Below are positions 1 through 13,819 of a stretch of DNA of 64,000 nucleotides, piece after piece. The stretch is taken from contig OZ076409.1 in assembly GCA_964187785.1 (NCBI GenBank), positions 53,136,001-53,200,000 on the forward strand, given 5' to 3'. The notes under the pieces were generated by a model that was not told where the DNA came from, did not search any database, and saw only the letters and a program-made list of their open reading frames with translations. The translations under genes and the position numbers were made by a program. Position 1 is the first letter of the stretch, and the number at the start of each line of letters is the position of its first letter. This stretch comes from Amphiscolops sp. MND2022 (taxonomy: Eukaryota).

Positions 1-198
1 TCCTTGGAATTGGTAAACTTAGGTTAGTGAGTTGGGTATAGCTGAGTTTTGTTTTATGTAGGCGCTTTTCTTCGTATTTTTTTCATCGATACACCTGAAT
101 TGTCCAAAATAGTTCTACCAAAAGTTATTCAATTTTGGCAATGTCCCTTTTGGCAATCTACTTTCTAGATTTGAGCTGTAAAAAGCGCTAAGGAAACA

Positions 199-312
199 TC
201 TTAGACAATAAAACAACACATACTGGACTTAACGACTTAACATACTGGATATAACGAATTCCGAATTTATACGATTGCGTTAAGTCCGGTATGAGTTGTT
301 TCATTGTCAAGA
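199..312. repeat. Short foldback / MITE-like inverted repeat
   Basis: AAACAACACATACTGGACTTAACG (211-234) is a 22/24 inverted match to 278-301; the arms extend imperfectly to 199 and 312. Confidence 0.6.
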
Positions 313-3129
313 GTCCGAAAGGGTTGTCCGAAAACTAAGAACTGGAAGATTACAAATCTCAAACAAAAGTGAACAGTGGCAACAATGACGTAGAAAGTTC
401 ACGACGTAATCACTATGACTTAGGAAAATTTCCCAATAAAGTGGTGACACTTATATCCTTTTGGAGAGACGAACGTACAGAAAGGTTTGTTCCCGGCAGA
501 TGCTACATTTTTCTCTTTCTTACAATTAAATCCACATTCAGACTATTTACGTTCCGCTGAGCCGAAGAGCCATGATGTAAAATCTTTTTGTGGCGATGCT
601 GTCACATTGCCAAGAATCATGCCTCTGGTGGACTTAGATTCCAGTTTCAGAAAAAGTTAAGTAAATGACGTTGTTTCAACGGACCTTGTGACTACATTTG
701 TCTTGAGATGCTCAATCCTCCTCATTGTTGAATTCTTTGAATCATCTGATCTTTCAACTTGAGCGAAAGAGACAGCAATTGAAATTTCGGTCAACAGATG
801 AGTTGGTGCAGCTTAAGCCGATGGTTGAGTTGATGGACGGCTGAAAAGACCTGGAACACTCCGACTTCGACAGTTACGAACATTGCCTTCTCCACGGTGC
901 TTTGCCGATTTGCTTTAGGGTAATTGTTGCTATGTCAGGGCTGTTTGAAGCAGCAAGAAACCTTTAGTGAACCTTTTTCTAGATTGTTTGTTGGCTTTTT
1001 GTTTCTCTTCTGCATTCCATGAAGTTTTACGGGTGAGTTGTTGTCAACAAGCAGTGACTCTATATGTTGATCCAAAGAATTTCCGTATGACGCCACCGAT
1101 GAAGAATGTAGTGGATGCGTGGAACGATGATAAAAGAAAATTTTAGGACTTGATTCTTTTCATATGGAGGCAAAATGCAATTCTTTTTTCTTTGGGACAC
1201 TTTTTTCCTTATTGAAGTTGCAGAGCTTGCGTGTAGTTTTTTTCAGCTCGCTGACTTTTATAGCGCATGGAAAAAGAAGTTCACTTCCTGCCTTTCTCTT
1301 ACCGGGCGTTTCAGTGTAACAGTTTGATATCTCCATTGCGTCCAGCGGTAGTTTCTCAACGTCATATGGTTTAGACTAGTCTTCGAGCCCAGGTATTACA
1401 GGGCGCACCATTACAACGTTTCGAAATTGATGTTTCGCTGCAATCAGTACCCCATATGTCGCTTCCACGTCTTGAACAACGTTTATGATAAGAATATTTT
1501 TTTCAATGATCTAAAAGGATATAATTTTTGCTACTGAAACCAAAACGAAATCGGGACTGAGTGAAACAAGATGCCAAGAGACAAAACAGATGCCGTTTTG
1601 AGGCGTTGAAATGAATTCAACCGGAAGATTATATCATATAGTTTTTCTATATTCATATCGTGACTTTTTTCAGTTTTCTTTGACGAAATGATAAACACTT
1701 TGTTGAACAAAGAAATCGAAACTGGGACCAGTCTCTTGCCTCCTAGCCAAAACGAATAAACAATTCCTGCTGATGAAGTTTTAGCCAACCAGCTGCGTTT
1801 AAAATGGAATTCAAACTGAAATATATTTCTAGATTCTGAACTTTTCAATGCTTTGACGGTTGGATGACAAATATATCAAATTCGAGAAGGAAAAATCAAA
1901 ATGCTGGAGCTGAAACGTTCAAAAAAGGGAGCACTCGAAACTTCCGTTTCCGATCAGTCTCTGGGAAAATTGAGGCAGTTCTTTTTAAAAAGAATCGAAA
2001 GCGAAAAATTATGCAAGAAACAAGGTTTCAAAAAATTCATTCCAGGTGTTACGAAGGTAGAAGTTGGTAATTTTACGGAAATATTCAAAAACTAAAGGAC
2101 GGCCACGATAAATAAACACAGCTTACGAAACCAAGGAATGTCTGTTCCACTGTGAACTATCTTGTTGTATGTGAGGTTCAAACATCATTTGCCGAGCAGG
2201 CGTTTCTTCACACATCAGAACTAGATTAGGGTTTGGGAACCCTGGGGTTACGTTTTTACTTTTTGAGGACACGAAAACGCAAACAATGCACCGAATGGGT
2301 ACCGAGATGAGAGGGACCATTTTTGGTGGCCGTCAGCAGCGTTGTTGTTCTGAGAAGAAGGTCCAGATGGGAGCATACTAAGGCCGGCTTTTGAAACTAT
2401 CTGGTAATGGTTCTGTATTCGATGCTAGAATCAACCCCACGATGCTGCAAGGTTTCAATACCCTTTCAAAATTATGCTACCTTCTGATGAATACAAACAA
2501 CGTTTTCTTGTACTTTTCTCAATATCAGGGTCCAACAGAAAGCTTCGTAAAGGGGTCACCCTATCTCCCGACAAAATCATCTCTCTAGATGAGACTAGTT
2601 GTGGTGGATGGTTTGCGTAAGCCTGAAAGCAAACGCTGGGCTTAAAAAATGACACCATATTGCGCCACACCAATATGCTGACCCCATGAGCGCAATGATG
2701 TGCGACTAAACAATGTCACGCGATCTCAGATACTTCTCAAAAGGACCAGCCATTCTTAGTCTAGAAAGGACGTTGCTTCTTAGGGTGACAACTGCTACAC
2801 CTCCATAGAGTGAAAGAGAAACCACCAGTCGGTCAGTCAGGTCTGCCACACCCATTTTGTTCGTTCTGGCGTGCTTGGGCACTTTGTCTTCTGAACGGAC
2901 TACAAGACATAACAACACACAAACAATGAAACAAAGAGAATAAAACAGACAGTCAGGCATTCAAATAATTCAACATCCACTTATCGATACCATCGTGGAA
3001 AGGAAACGAACCTAAAAAGCAGAAAAAAATAAACAGTAAACAAAAACGTTCAAATTGCTAAAAGTTTGGAAAAATAACTATACGGGGTATATACTAAGAA
3101 CACCTGTATTTTTTGCACAAAAAGTAGTT

Positions 3130-3466
3130 TTTTTACGAATCTCACAATGCCAAAAAATGTTGCAAAGTACTTAAGAAACGAGGGGTGTTTTTTTGTAGAC
3201 AAAAAAAAAAGTTTCGGAAAAAAGTCTCACAAGGGCGGAAAAATTGGATGAAGAACCCTTTAGTCTCGTCAGGTTTCGTAATGATCATTAGAAATTTAAA
3301 AAATTAAAAGGGCACACTTTGCACTATTTTCGATCCGTTTCCGCGGTATTCGTTTAGTTGAACAAACTGAACAAAAATTTTTCTCATTGAGTCTATCTCA
3401 AAGAAAAACAAAAAACGAGTGACTGTAATAGTCGATCTCTTCTATTCTAAAAGCGCCGACTAAAAA
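3130..3466 (-). mobile_element. Partial Helentron-associated interspersed element (HINE-like), same family as 14591-15033
   Basis: Ends in AAGCGCCGACTAAAAA, the reverse complement of the family's TTTTTAGTCGGCGC end, and contains the internal AAAAAAGTCTCACAA / ACCCTTTAGTCT units. Left boundary approximate. Confidence 0.55.
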
Positions 3467-3674
3467 GAGTAACTTTCAACTGTTTGTGCAACAGAGTGAA
3501 GGAGATATTCACTAAAACTGAACTGTATGCTCACCAAGTAAAAATCGCAGATGCGTGTTTTTTAAAACTTAATAAAATTCTGAACTACCGATTTTTATTT
3601 TCATACATTCATAGGTAAAAGTTGAGATCTCATGAAGTAAACCATTTGCATTCATTTCAAAATTTTCCGAATAG

Positions 3675-4142
3675 CTAAAGTATAAACATGAGAGCACCTT
3701 GAAAGATTACACTGACTGCTTTCAAGATAGTGATAATTGTTTCGGGTTCGATCTGCGAGATTCCATCGATAACACACGTGGCAGCATTAATCACGAAATC
3801 GCGAATCAAATCAACCGCTTTTTCTATTTTATTGCAAATCCAATGGAAAAATTGCTTCACTGAAATTTTGACTTTCTCGACCAACTGGAGACGATACAAA
3901 ACTTCTTCAGCTGACGCGCCTTGGGGAATTTCCACCCTTTTGAGAACATCGTCTCTCAAGTCATCGATCGCCCCTGTGATTTCTTGTTCTATTTGTGCAT
4001 TCAGGATTTCAATTTCAGCAAGTGTTGGTTTTCTTCTCTGTGAGCATTTTTGCTTGATACGTTCTTCAGCATTCCTTGTCGCGTTTTCTACTCCACTCAC
4101 GGAAACGCCGAATGACTTCAAGAACGAAATACCATCAGACAT
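3675..4142 (-). CDS. 155-aa alpha-helical protein of unknown function, family member 1
   Basis: Open frame from the ATG at 4142 (MSDGISFLK...). IEILNAQIEQEI..LRDDVLKRVEI..EEVLYRLQLVEKV..FFHWICNKIE aligns without gaps to the products of 6776-7337 and 17208-17879. Preceded by TTTCAG|ttggta ATG. Confidence 0.75.
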   Translation of the reverse strand: MSDGISFLKSFGVSVSGVENATRNAEERIKQKCSQRRKPTLAEIEILNAQIEQEITGAIDDLRDDVLKRVEIPQGASAEEVLYRLQLVEKVKISVKQFFHWICNKIEKAVDLIRDFVINAATCVIDGISQIEPETIITILKAVSVIFQGALMFIL

Positions 4143-4651
4143 TACCAACTGAAACGAGTACCAACACGCGATCAACTATGTACGATGGTCACATAATTCA
4201 CTCAACATGGTCAGATGTATAACAAAAAGAAGGCCACCGTTTGCTTCGAAGATTTCCCGAGTTGAGTATTTTTCGTTCTCCATCGAAAAAGAATTAAAAA
4301 TTGAATGAAGCCAGAAACGGAAGAATCTCTTTGTTCCACCTGAAAGGCCGTGATACAGACAAGACTTCCAAGTTTTGATTGATATCAGTCAACAGTTTAA
4401 TTTCTCAATTAAATGAGGGCACGCGACAGTCTTTGTATACGAGTAAAAATGCCAAAGCTAATCAACAAATCTCTTTCCAAATTTTGATTAACTGCAATCT
4501 CACTGTATTGAGTACCAGAGATTCACAAAAATTGAAACATTATTGTAGTCGATACTGTCTCAACATGCAAGGTAATTCAATCTTCTTCGTTGCAACAAAG
4601 AAAATACAGAAGAAAGCAACTCTTGTAGGACTATAGTGTCAATTCCAGTAT

Positions 4652-4870
4652 TCCCGGGTTGAGATTGCAGGAATTTTTTTCATGCGCAGGCATGCACGCA
4701 TGGATCATTTTTGATAAAGTTTAGAAACTTCAGGGACCCTGCATGGAAAATTTTGTAAAAACTTTCCTGCATCTTGTAAAAACTTAAAAAACTTTCCCTG
4801 CATCTTGGAAAATCTTGAAAAAATTTTCATGCGCTTTGAAAAAAAGACCCTACAGTCTATCAAAAAATGA
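4652..4870 (+). repeat. Fragment of the CCC-terminal TIR repeat family (related to 18460-19914)
   Basis: CCCGGGTTGAGATTGCAGGAATT and AAAACTTTCCTGCATCTTG resemble 18460-18660. Right end approximate. Confidence 0.45.
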
Positions 4871-6775
4871 AAAAGTTCAAGCAATTGGTAGAAAAAACTC
4901 GTGCAATTCAGATCAAAAAGCCAAAAAATAGGCATCTCAAGAGAAACAGAACTGCTTATTCGGCGTCCACGACGCGGATTTGGGGTAACTATGATTTCTT
5001 TTCATAAGCCTCATCACAAAAACGTTCTCAATTGCTATTAAAATTAAAAACATTAATTTCGTTTTCATCGCACAATTTTCAAACAAAAATTTGTAAACTA
5101 GATGAAAATCTAGGGGACTTTTTTTCAAAAATCACTGCCATTTTCGAGATACTCGATTTTGAGATTTGCCCTATGTTGCCTTTATTCATATCACTACTGT
5201 AGAAAAAAAACTTCACAGATTGAAAATTGCTGCTGTTTCCTGATATTTTAGGCAGCTTGATAAAAATTGAATACAAAGGGGAAACAATTTTGTAAAAGAG
5301 TTTCCAAAGAGATTCAAAAAATTGTTTGCAATCTTTAAGAAAGTTTGTGCAAAGCTACCAACAGGCTATCTTACAAATGTTCAACTTCTCCAGAACAATG
5401 TCAAGCTTTTAATCCCAAGAAATGGCTCAAAATTCAGTGAGTCTGTTTTCCGGAAAACATTTTCAATCAAGATACTTGAAAGTTTTTGAATACATCGAGT
5501 AACGCAAGTAGAAATCACTTCAGATCTATAACTTGTCTTTTATGATCCGTTGTCAGAAATGAAAAATCAACTCTATTAAACGGAACAACGCTCTTTATTC
5601 AGAACAAAATTATCAAATTCAATAGTTGAACCATGAGAACCTTTCATGATGCAGGATGATCAATAATGGTAATAATACATCTACGTCAACAGTAGGAATG
5701 TTAACCAAATTTAAGCAGTGGGAGAAGATTCCTGAAATTTGTTTAACTCGGAATGGAGGTGGAATTTTCTGGATGCATCCAAAAATCTGGTGCTTAAACT
5801 TCAAACCGCAATATCTCCAAAACTATTCAAGTCCGACAAACGATTTATACAGCGTTCGAAAGAGGAACGTCGGGGCTTTCAGATCAATTTTTAGGGCCCC
5901 TTTGATCTAATCTTGTCCCCAGTATTATAAAGTCGCCACACAAGAAAACAGGAAAATCGGAAATTTTGAGCTATTTTTTTTTGATTTTTTGGTCCCGTTT
6001 TTCTGATTTTGGAGACATCAAGTCAACAATCCGTGAAAATGCGTGCAATTCTATGTTGTTTTGTCTGAAAATATTGTCTGAAAATTCAAGAGTTTTCTTT
6101 ACCATACGGTGGGCTGGTACCTTTAGATGTTCGCAGATCTTAAAAGGTGCAAATACGTACCGCGATGCTAAATAGGGTTTAACAGTCACTTTAACCGAAT
6201 TCTCAAATAAAGAGTATCAACCTCCCTTCAAGGAAAAATACTCAGATAATTAATTTATGGCCGGTGGAAATGAGTCTGTCTTAATACAACTAGTTGACGA
6301 AATGGTGAATATTACCAACACATCATAAGAAAAATCAAATTGTTTTAAAATGTTATATTGTGTCTATATGCCGTGTGGAAATATATGCATTGAATAAAGC
6401 CTCTTCAGCTAGAGAAGCTCCGAAAGGCCCTAAACTACCCTCTATTTGTTTTGACCTTCTATACATTGAACTATCCCATTTGATGTCGTAATAGTTATAT
6501 TTTCAATGTTCGGTTCGTTTGGTTGGAAGAATTTTCGAATTGTGTCGTTGAAATCAATGTTATTTGAAAACATGCTCACCTTGAGTTGGGTTAACAGTGA
6601 TATCTTTAAATGAATATTTGGTTACCTATATACTAAAATTGTATTCAACGGAATACCTTACTTGTTCCTGAAGATTGCATACACTTCGACCCAAATTTTA
6701 ATTCGAAGTTTGGATTTCTAGAATTCAATCAACTTTCAGTATTCCAACCATCTTCCTCTCCACTTTAACTTCTAA

Positions 6776-7337
6776 TCAAGGCTGAGCAGGGTCCTTTTTG
6801 GTGTCACACTCCAAGCCGTCTTTCATTATACGGTCCAGTATTTTAAAGAGGTCATCTGTTTGTTTTTTCCTCATCTCCATATCCTCGATCTTTTTGGTCA
6901 AGTTTTTTGGTCATCCAAGAAGTCAATTGTTTGATAAATATCACCAATTGTTTACTCAATTCCATTTTGGCAAGTATGACTTCTGGCGCATCTTCTTCCG
7001 TGACTAAGAGGAGTTTAAGAAGATCATGTTTAAGCAATTCAAACACTTGCCACAGGTCTGATCTAATTTGATGATTCAGTTTTTGGATATCTCGCTCACT
7101 GAAGTAGTCGTTGAGCTCAATATGCTTTAAAATTTCCTCTCTCTCTTTTTGAGAGAGCAAGTTGAAGTTGTTGGAATCTTGGGACTGTGCAAAGAAGCGT
7201 CTCAATGCATCCATCATTTTCTGCTTTTGCGTCGGCGTTTTCAAAACAATGCGCAAAGTGAGCATTCTGGGTGCGTCGTCAAAGATAACTACTTGGGTCG
7301 GCGTGGCCAGTGGAGACAAAGTTTGACCTGAACTCAT
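6776..7337 (-). pseudogene. Family member 2 with a C-terminal frameshift
   Basis: PRMLTLRIVLKTP..KERE..EDAPEV..W..KKLD matches 17208-17879. After LDQ (~6894) the homology continues in another frame as KIEDMEMRKKQTDDLFKILDRIMK...QP* (stop 6778-6776). Confidence 0.75.
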
Positions 7338-8039
7338 TTTAACCTAAAAAATATATAGCTGTGAATGTTTGAAATTTCAGAACAAAACAATGAAACAAAG
7401 AATTTGGCGAACGCACGTTGGAAAAGTTTTTTTGCTAAATTTGTGCTTGGAAAAGATTGAACTAGAAATGCTCGGAAGCGCTGAATTTGAATTATTATTC
7501 AACGAGAGAAAACCATCCAGACTTTGCTTGCGACGTTAACCTCACCTTTTTCAAAACAATTTTTAAATAAAACTTTTAACTGTAACCGTACGTTTATAAC
7601 ACCTACTTCATCCAAAACATTTTCATATTGATTAGGCCGGCAATACCACAGAGAAAAACCAAACGCAAAGAGTCCGTTCAAAAGAGTAAAAAGAGTGAAC
7701 ACACACAGGGACCCTAAAAAACTGGAAGACATTGAAAAGAAACGAGAAATTCTTGAATTTAATGAAGTTTATTACCCAGAAAATGCCAATGTTGCCGGTT
7801 TCAGAACAATATTTAATTGATTCAGCAACCATTGGAGCGGTATGTGTGTCCTCAGGAGGAGCCACGACAAACGAAGAAGATGGAAAATGCAAAGATTTGG
7901 TGCTATTTTGTGTAAAGAAATTTTGTTTTAAAAAATAGTTTAAATTACATTGATTCCGCTAGGTTGTGCAATTTAAGGGAGATCTTTAATTTATTGCAGT
8001 TTAACTAGATCATTCTTTTCAGACGTCGGATATTTGTGC

Positions 8040-8130
8040 GAACACCTAGGAACCACAGGAATTTTTTACGTGCTTAGAGGACGTGTCCCGACTTGGAGTG
8101 AGCCGGCACGTCGCTAAGGGTCTCCAAAAT
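8040..8130 (+). repeat. Dispersed repeat; inverted copy at ~15815-15910
   Basis: GGACGTGTCCCGACTTGGAGTGAGCCGGCACGTCGCTA closely matches the reverse complement of TAGCGACGTGCCGGCACACTCAAAGTCCGGACACGTCC. Confidence 0.6.
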
Positions 8131-10778
8131 GAGCAGATTCCTTGACACATAAAAAAGCGCAACCTCATGGAGATGCATTAGTATTTTTTTTCTGAAATAT
8201 CAGAAATTACTTAGTGCTCTCCTTGCTGGTTGTTAGAATTTTTTGAGCTGGATATAAATTCAAGTAATCAAAGGTCATACAAAAACAGATATCAGGAAAT
8301 GCTCTAGATCATCACTAAACACTTGGACCAAAAACCATGCATGATTTTAAATGTCCAAATTCCTGCAAACAGCTTTTTTGCGGTGTGGCAAATCAACTAA
8401 TGACAATCACCCACCAATTCGTAGCGTAACTGCAAAGTTGCTGCAGGAGATTAGGAACAATCAGTGAAAACAAGAATGAGGTTTTGGACAGGATATTACA
8501 AAATGTTACAAAAATTTTGAATCATACTCATAAAGTATAAAACGTTGAAAATTTGATATCAAACATAAACTAAACAAGCTCCAATAAATTAATGTTCTGT
8601 GAAATCAATTTCAAGTATTTCTAAAATTTTTTTGAATAAAACTTCTCACATGACAACTTGAAACACTTCGAAAATACTTCTCAGGGATGATTCATTGAAC
8701 TGAAACTACCACGAGAAGAATGTTTTCCTTTGCAGTTCTTACCTTACCAGGTTACCGAAGCTTCTCAAAAAACGCGTTTTTGCTTATCTGAGGTAATGGA
8801 GTCGAACCTTGATTGAAAAAAAATGAGAGTGCTCTTAAAATTTTCAAAATACCAAGTAGAGCTTCCAAACCACTGGAAAAATTGAAAAAAAATCTTTGCT
8901 CTCTACTTGAAATGGCTTGGCACTTTTACAAAATTTTATAGGCTGCAAATCACTTTTAGCGTGTTTTTGAGGGTTTATAGAGAATCAAAAATGGTTAGTC
9001 TTTCCCTGATACAATGCTGATTCTTCAGGATTATTAAAGAATTTTTCTACGATTAGGCGGGCAGCAATTTGGAAACAGCATCAAGAAAGTTCAAGGCGGA
9101 ATTCTCGCGAAACTTTGCGGGAGAAAACTTAATTTTTGCTTGCGCAGACGCTAATATCAAACAACAACAATGAACAATGATTTTTTCATCGTTGCAGAGA
9201 AATCAGTTAGAGTAAAGAATTTTTTCCTAAATTGTTATTGATTATTTCATTTTACTACATACGTCTTTTCAATTTTCGAGCTTTGCATGTGGTCCCGAAT
9301 TGGGCTGTTCCAAGCCAGCGCCAAACTTTTCATTTGCGAAATTGAGAAACTAAATTGCTGCCAACTGAAAGTAACTAGTTAGTGACGCTCGCTCAAATAG
9401 TGACGCTCTGTATTCCACGTGGAAAGTTGAAATGTCCGAATGGGCGAGAATTGATTCATTCTGCATGTTTTAGTGTTAAGTACAGAAGTTGGTTAAGTTT
9501 CTCAGTCGGTTTTCACCGTAAGTATATTCTAGAGAAAACTGAGTTTTTTCGAGGATGATTTGGGATGATAAGCATCCCTTAGGAATATGAAAAGGAAAAA
9601 TTAATCCATATCAAACCAAAAATTAAACAATTTTGTTATAGCGCTGATAAAATTTCCAAAAAGCAGCATTTTACACTGCTTGCAACTTCAAGAAACTAAA
9701 ATATTGGCTCATCTTCAATAAATTTCAGTGCTTCTTGCGTTTTCATACTTTTGATTCAAATCATGGAACTTTATGTCGCATTATTTTTCCACAGACCTTT
9801 TCCAAAAACTTTACAGAGAAACTGTAACAATCCCAACAAAAATGAACCATTACTGTGAATCGCTGTGCTAGACAAACTCGAGAAACGTTAATTTATTTAA
9901 AAGTGTCGAACTCACGAGCATGCGTGACAAAGTAATGTAATTTGCAAACGAGTTTGTTTGTTTCCATCAAAGAAAGTCAGACGAAATTAAATAACTAATG
10001 TTTAGAAGATATGTTACGAATGCTTTTATTGAAGCCATATTCTACTGGTCTCAGAAAAATTTGGACACTTACAATTAATAGTGACAAACATGCAGCACAG
10101 AATGACTGGCAGCCAATCACGTGTTTTTTGATTCTCAAAATAATTTTATCACATGCCCCGTCGTTTTTATTTTAGCTGCCGAAAAATGAAAACTAAAAAT
10201 AATACCAGCTCAAACGAACAATGACACTTCAAAAATTTCGAATTTAAGTTGACCGCTGGTAATCTCATGATGAGCCGAATGGTAAATTTTGAACAAGAAT
10301 CAAGTCTTCTTTTTACGTACCTTTTTCAGCATATTGTCTTATTAAAGTTTGTTATAATGTCGCCAGTAATCAGCGCCAATATTTCCACCGATGACTGAGT
10401 ACAAATTTATAATCTCGCTTCGTTTTTAATAAAAACATTGAATTTTCAAGCAATTGAATTATTAATGATCAATAGCCATGGTCTTTTGAAAACGAAAGAT
10501 GACCGGGCCAATTAAAATGATTTTTAAACTAATGTAATCGTTACGTGGCCGAAGTTTACAGTCGATTGCTGGAATCCTTCAAGTACTGCGATCGAACAAT
10601 TATGATAAGAAATGCGAGAAATTTTTGAACAAAGGGCATGTTACGGAATTTTACCAGATTCATTAATTGTTATTATTTTTGTAATGACATCATTTATTTG
10701 GTAACAATCAGAATTTTTTAAAGATCATAAGCCAAAGACTTCAAGAATGGAAAGTTCCGATGGTATCAGCGTGATATA

Positions 10779-10964
10779 AAATTTGTACATTGGTTACCGG
10801 ATAATCATCAATTATAACGCTTGTAAGTTTCGTAAGTTTCAATCTGAAAGACGCTGCTTCATCTCAAGCATGAAATTTGTACATTGGTTACCGGATAATC
10901 ATCAATTATAACGCTTGTAAGTTTCGTAAGTTTCAATCTGAAAGACGCTGCTTCATGTCAAGCA
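10779..10964. repeat. Near-perfect tandem duplication, 94-bp period
   Basis: AAATTTGTACATTGGTTACCGGATAATC...GACGCTGCTTCAT starts at both 10779 and 10873. Confidence 0.9.
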
Positions 10965-11102
10965 AAATTATTAAAACCGATCGTTACCATTTTTCTAATT
11001 TTGTATTTACTCACTTGCTGCTGCAAATCCCTCAAACTCATCATCGGGGCTGCAATACGGAGATACAACAACTAGTGAGTTGCGGACGATCTTAATTTAA
11101 AA

Positions 11103-11221
11103 TCCAGTGTTCGAAGCCATGGTACCCTAGCCAAAATCCATGGCAAACTCATCGCTAGCTTTGCCACGATCTTGACATTAACCATGATCATGGCAAGCGT
11201 TCCATGGCTTCGAACACCGGG
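11103..11221. mobile_element. ~119-bp MITE
   Basis: Inverted termini CCAGTGTTCGAAGCCATGG ... CCATGGCTTCGAACACCGG; AA on both flanks (possible 2-bp TSD); several internal CATGG motifs. Confidence 0.75.
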
Positions 11222-12263
11222 AAGTCCAGTTGAAATGTATACTTGGACACCAAAAAGCTAAAGAAACTCAATTTTGCTCTGTTATATTTTATATCGTGAA
11301 ACACTTGTCTTTTTTCATTGATAGTATATTTCGGAAGTTATCGTATATTATCTCGAAAACAGTTGTTCGCAAAAATCCCTCAGACAAACTTGATTCAGAA
11401 CTCTAACTGTTAACTGTAACACGTTTCCGGAAAACCTGCTCAAAATTTGCACCGCAAAATGATCACAAAATGCGAATTCTTCAATTTTTAGTCAGTAAAA
11501 ATATTATTTCGACGGAGTTACGTTTGATTTTGACTGTTCATTATTAAAGAAAGCGTTGAATTCCAAAATGAACGAACGAGGTAAAGGTTACAAAATTAAT
11601 CGAAGGAGAAATTCTCTTCTGAGCAGTAACGTTTGATGCGTATTACCGAAACATCAATTGCCCTGAAACTTATGAATTACCGAAACTTTCTATGATCCCA
11701 AAACAAACAAAACTATCGTTGTAATTTTGGTCAACATCTGAGAAACGTCTGCACCTGGGACATTAATGCGCTTTTAAAGTTTTCACCTTGACATTAGCTG
11801 TCTTTAGCTTTGTATCATAGTGTAGCATGTTTGTGAGCAAGAGTTTTACTGTTTTAAACATTAGACCATTTTTTGTGGGTTAGATATCGATTGTATCACG
11901 CTTGTACTCACCAATGCTTCACTGACTGATTGATGACGGGCAACCTAGAGAGCATCGATTTTTTTTCGAAGTTGCAATATTCTGCAACCTTTCAATACGA
12001 ATAAGTTCCGTCCTGAGCACAGAACTGGGTGTCAGTATTTTATAAATATCCTCCAAGAGATACATATTTTCGAAATCCTTGGAGCAGCTTTGCATATGGT
12101 TTACAACATTTGTTTATTGCTTTTGTTTATTCTAGCAAACACACCAATAGGTAAGTATCCACCTTGTAACTATAAAGACCTAACTTGATACGATTTTCCA
12201 ATTTTCGGAAACAACATTCATGAAACGACTATAATGCATTTTCCATTGTTGTAAACGTTACTT

Positions 12264-12614
12264 AAACAAGCCGGAAACGGCCCAAGTCGGCGCCATATAT
12301 AAGGCTCCAAAATAGCAAAAGGACTTCAAAGTGTCAAGTATTCTCTTCTACAGTGCCAGCATGAGAAAATTTTTTTTAAAAAATCCGAAATTTTCAATTT
12401 TTTTGGTGTCCGGTAAGTCGCATAGTGCAGAAAAATGTAAAAGGAGACCTCAAAAAAGCCTAATTAACCTCTATCTTAAGTGCCAGTAGAAGTAGTGTGG
12501 CAGTCAGTGATAATGAAAGTCAGCTTATAGAGCTTATGTAATATGTCATTTCGTTGGTCTTAAAAAAGTCACTGCTAGAGTCTGCATTTTCTACGAAATG
12601 CGCCGACTAAAAAA
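12264..12614 (-). mobile_element. HINE-like non-autonomous element (full ends)
   Basis: On the minus strand it reads TTTTTTAGTCGGCGC ... GGCGCCGACTT, then hairpin GCCGTTTCCGGC, then TTGTTT. This is asymmetric subterminal IRs plus a 3' stem-loop and T-rich ends. Confidence 0.7.
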
Positions 12615-13248
12615 GCCAGGATGGGCCCAAAAGGGCGCCCCGCTCAAGTTTAAAAATTCAAATTTCCTAAAAATGCAGAGGACGCTATTGTTGAAATTTT
12701 ATCAAATTCTCAGTGCCTAAAAATATCTTGAGGGATAAGCATAAGAATCGAAAGCCACTTTTCTCCCAACTGGAAACATCTGAAAACCCAATTTTTTTTA
12801 CAATTTTCAATCGAAAAAAGTTTATTAGTGCCGAAAATGGAGCTTCAGAAAAAACTTCAAAAAAATCCGAATTTCAAATCGATTTTTAAAATATCTTCTG
12901 AAAGACGCATTGTGCCGAAATAGTTGAGGTGGCACTCTATGCTCTCCAAACGCTTCGTTTCCGTAACAATCAAAAGGAGGCTAAAAATCTGATGACTTCG
13001 ATCGAAACAGCCGCTTCCTCTTAGCAAAACATTTTTTTGGAATTACATCAAAAGTTCGAATATAGCGAGCTGGAACACACGGGGGCGTTTTTTGAACCGC
13101 GGCATTCTCCTTACTAAAACACCATTTAGTTCGGATAAAACATCGAAGTTCGAATATAGCGCAATTAGTTCGAACACCTCCTCATTCAGTCAAATGCACT
13201 TCGTATAAAACGTCATACCATAAAACGTTCTCTACGAAACGTTAGGAA

Positions 13249-13790
13249 AGAGAGAGAGAGAGAGAGTTAGTTAATTTTGTTGCCCGAAGACGTACAAATC
13301 GCAGCTTACAAACATTCATCAATACTGGTGCAACAGTGTAAAATGCATTGGACAAGTTTTGACTTGTCCATCAGAAGAGTTCCATTAGACGTATTCATCA
13401 GCTGGTCATACTTTACTAAATTAGGGTGAGTAAAGTAATAAATTGGCAAAAGCTCAGGTCGTTTAGCGCTTACAAACCTACAGTTCAATAACAGATGGTA
13501 CTCGTCCGGAACACTATAGAACACACATAGGACAAGTTTCAATCAACGATTTCCGTAACACCATATTAACAGTTGGTAAAGCAGCAGACGAACTCCTAAA
13601 AATGGTTGGTTTCACTCTTTCAGACCTTTTAATTATTTTCAGATATCGCTCGAGTTCTAGTCGATGCTTATGTTTGCGGAAATTTTCACATTGTGGGTTC
13701 ACTTGTGGCATCACTTGCTATCACTTGTCTTATATCTGGTGTACGTTATCTCCGGTATGGGTTGCGTTATTGTTGAACGGGACTCCTTGG
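13249..13790 (-). mobile_element. 5'-truncated non-LTR retrotransposon (LINE) 3' end, RTEX-like
   Basis: Frameshifted ORF2 C-terminus FRKHKHRLELERYL..FRSSSAALP..CPMC..DEYHLLLNC..YYFTHPN..LMN (C-terminal Cys/His motif), followed by a (CT)n tail at 13249-13266. Clade call is tentative. Confidence 0.7.
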
Positions 13791-13819
13791 CACTTTTTAA
13801 AGTTCCAAAGTAGTTTTTA

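Noticed and set aside
2706..2960. Secreted peptide gene (signal-like N-terminus)
   Set aside because: The hydrophobic start comes from T/G-rich sequence; there is no homolog or clear gene structure in the window.
3730..4152. 140-aa plus-strand ORF (also 17198-17539 -, 6798-7007 +)
   Set aside because: Antisense shadows of the helical-protein genes; the homology lies on the other strand.
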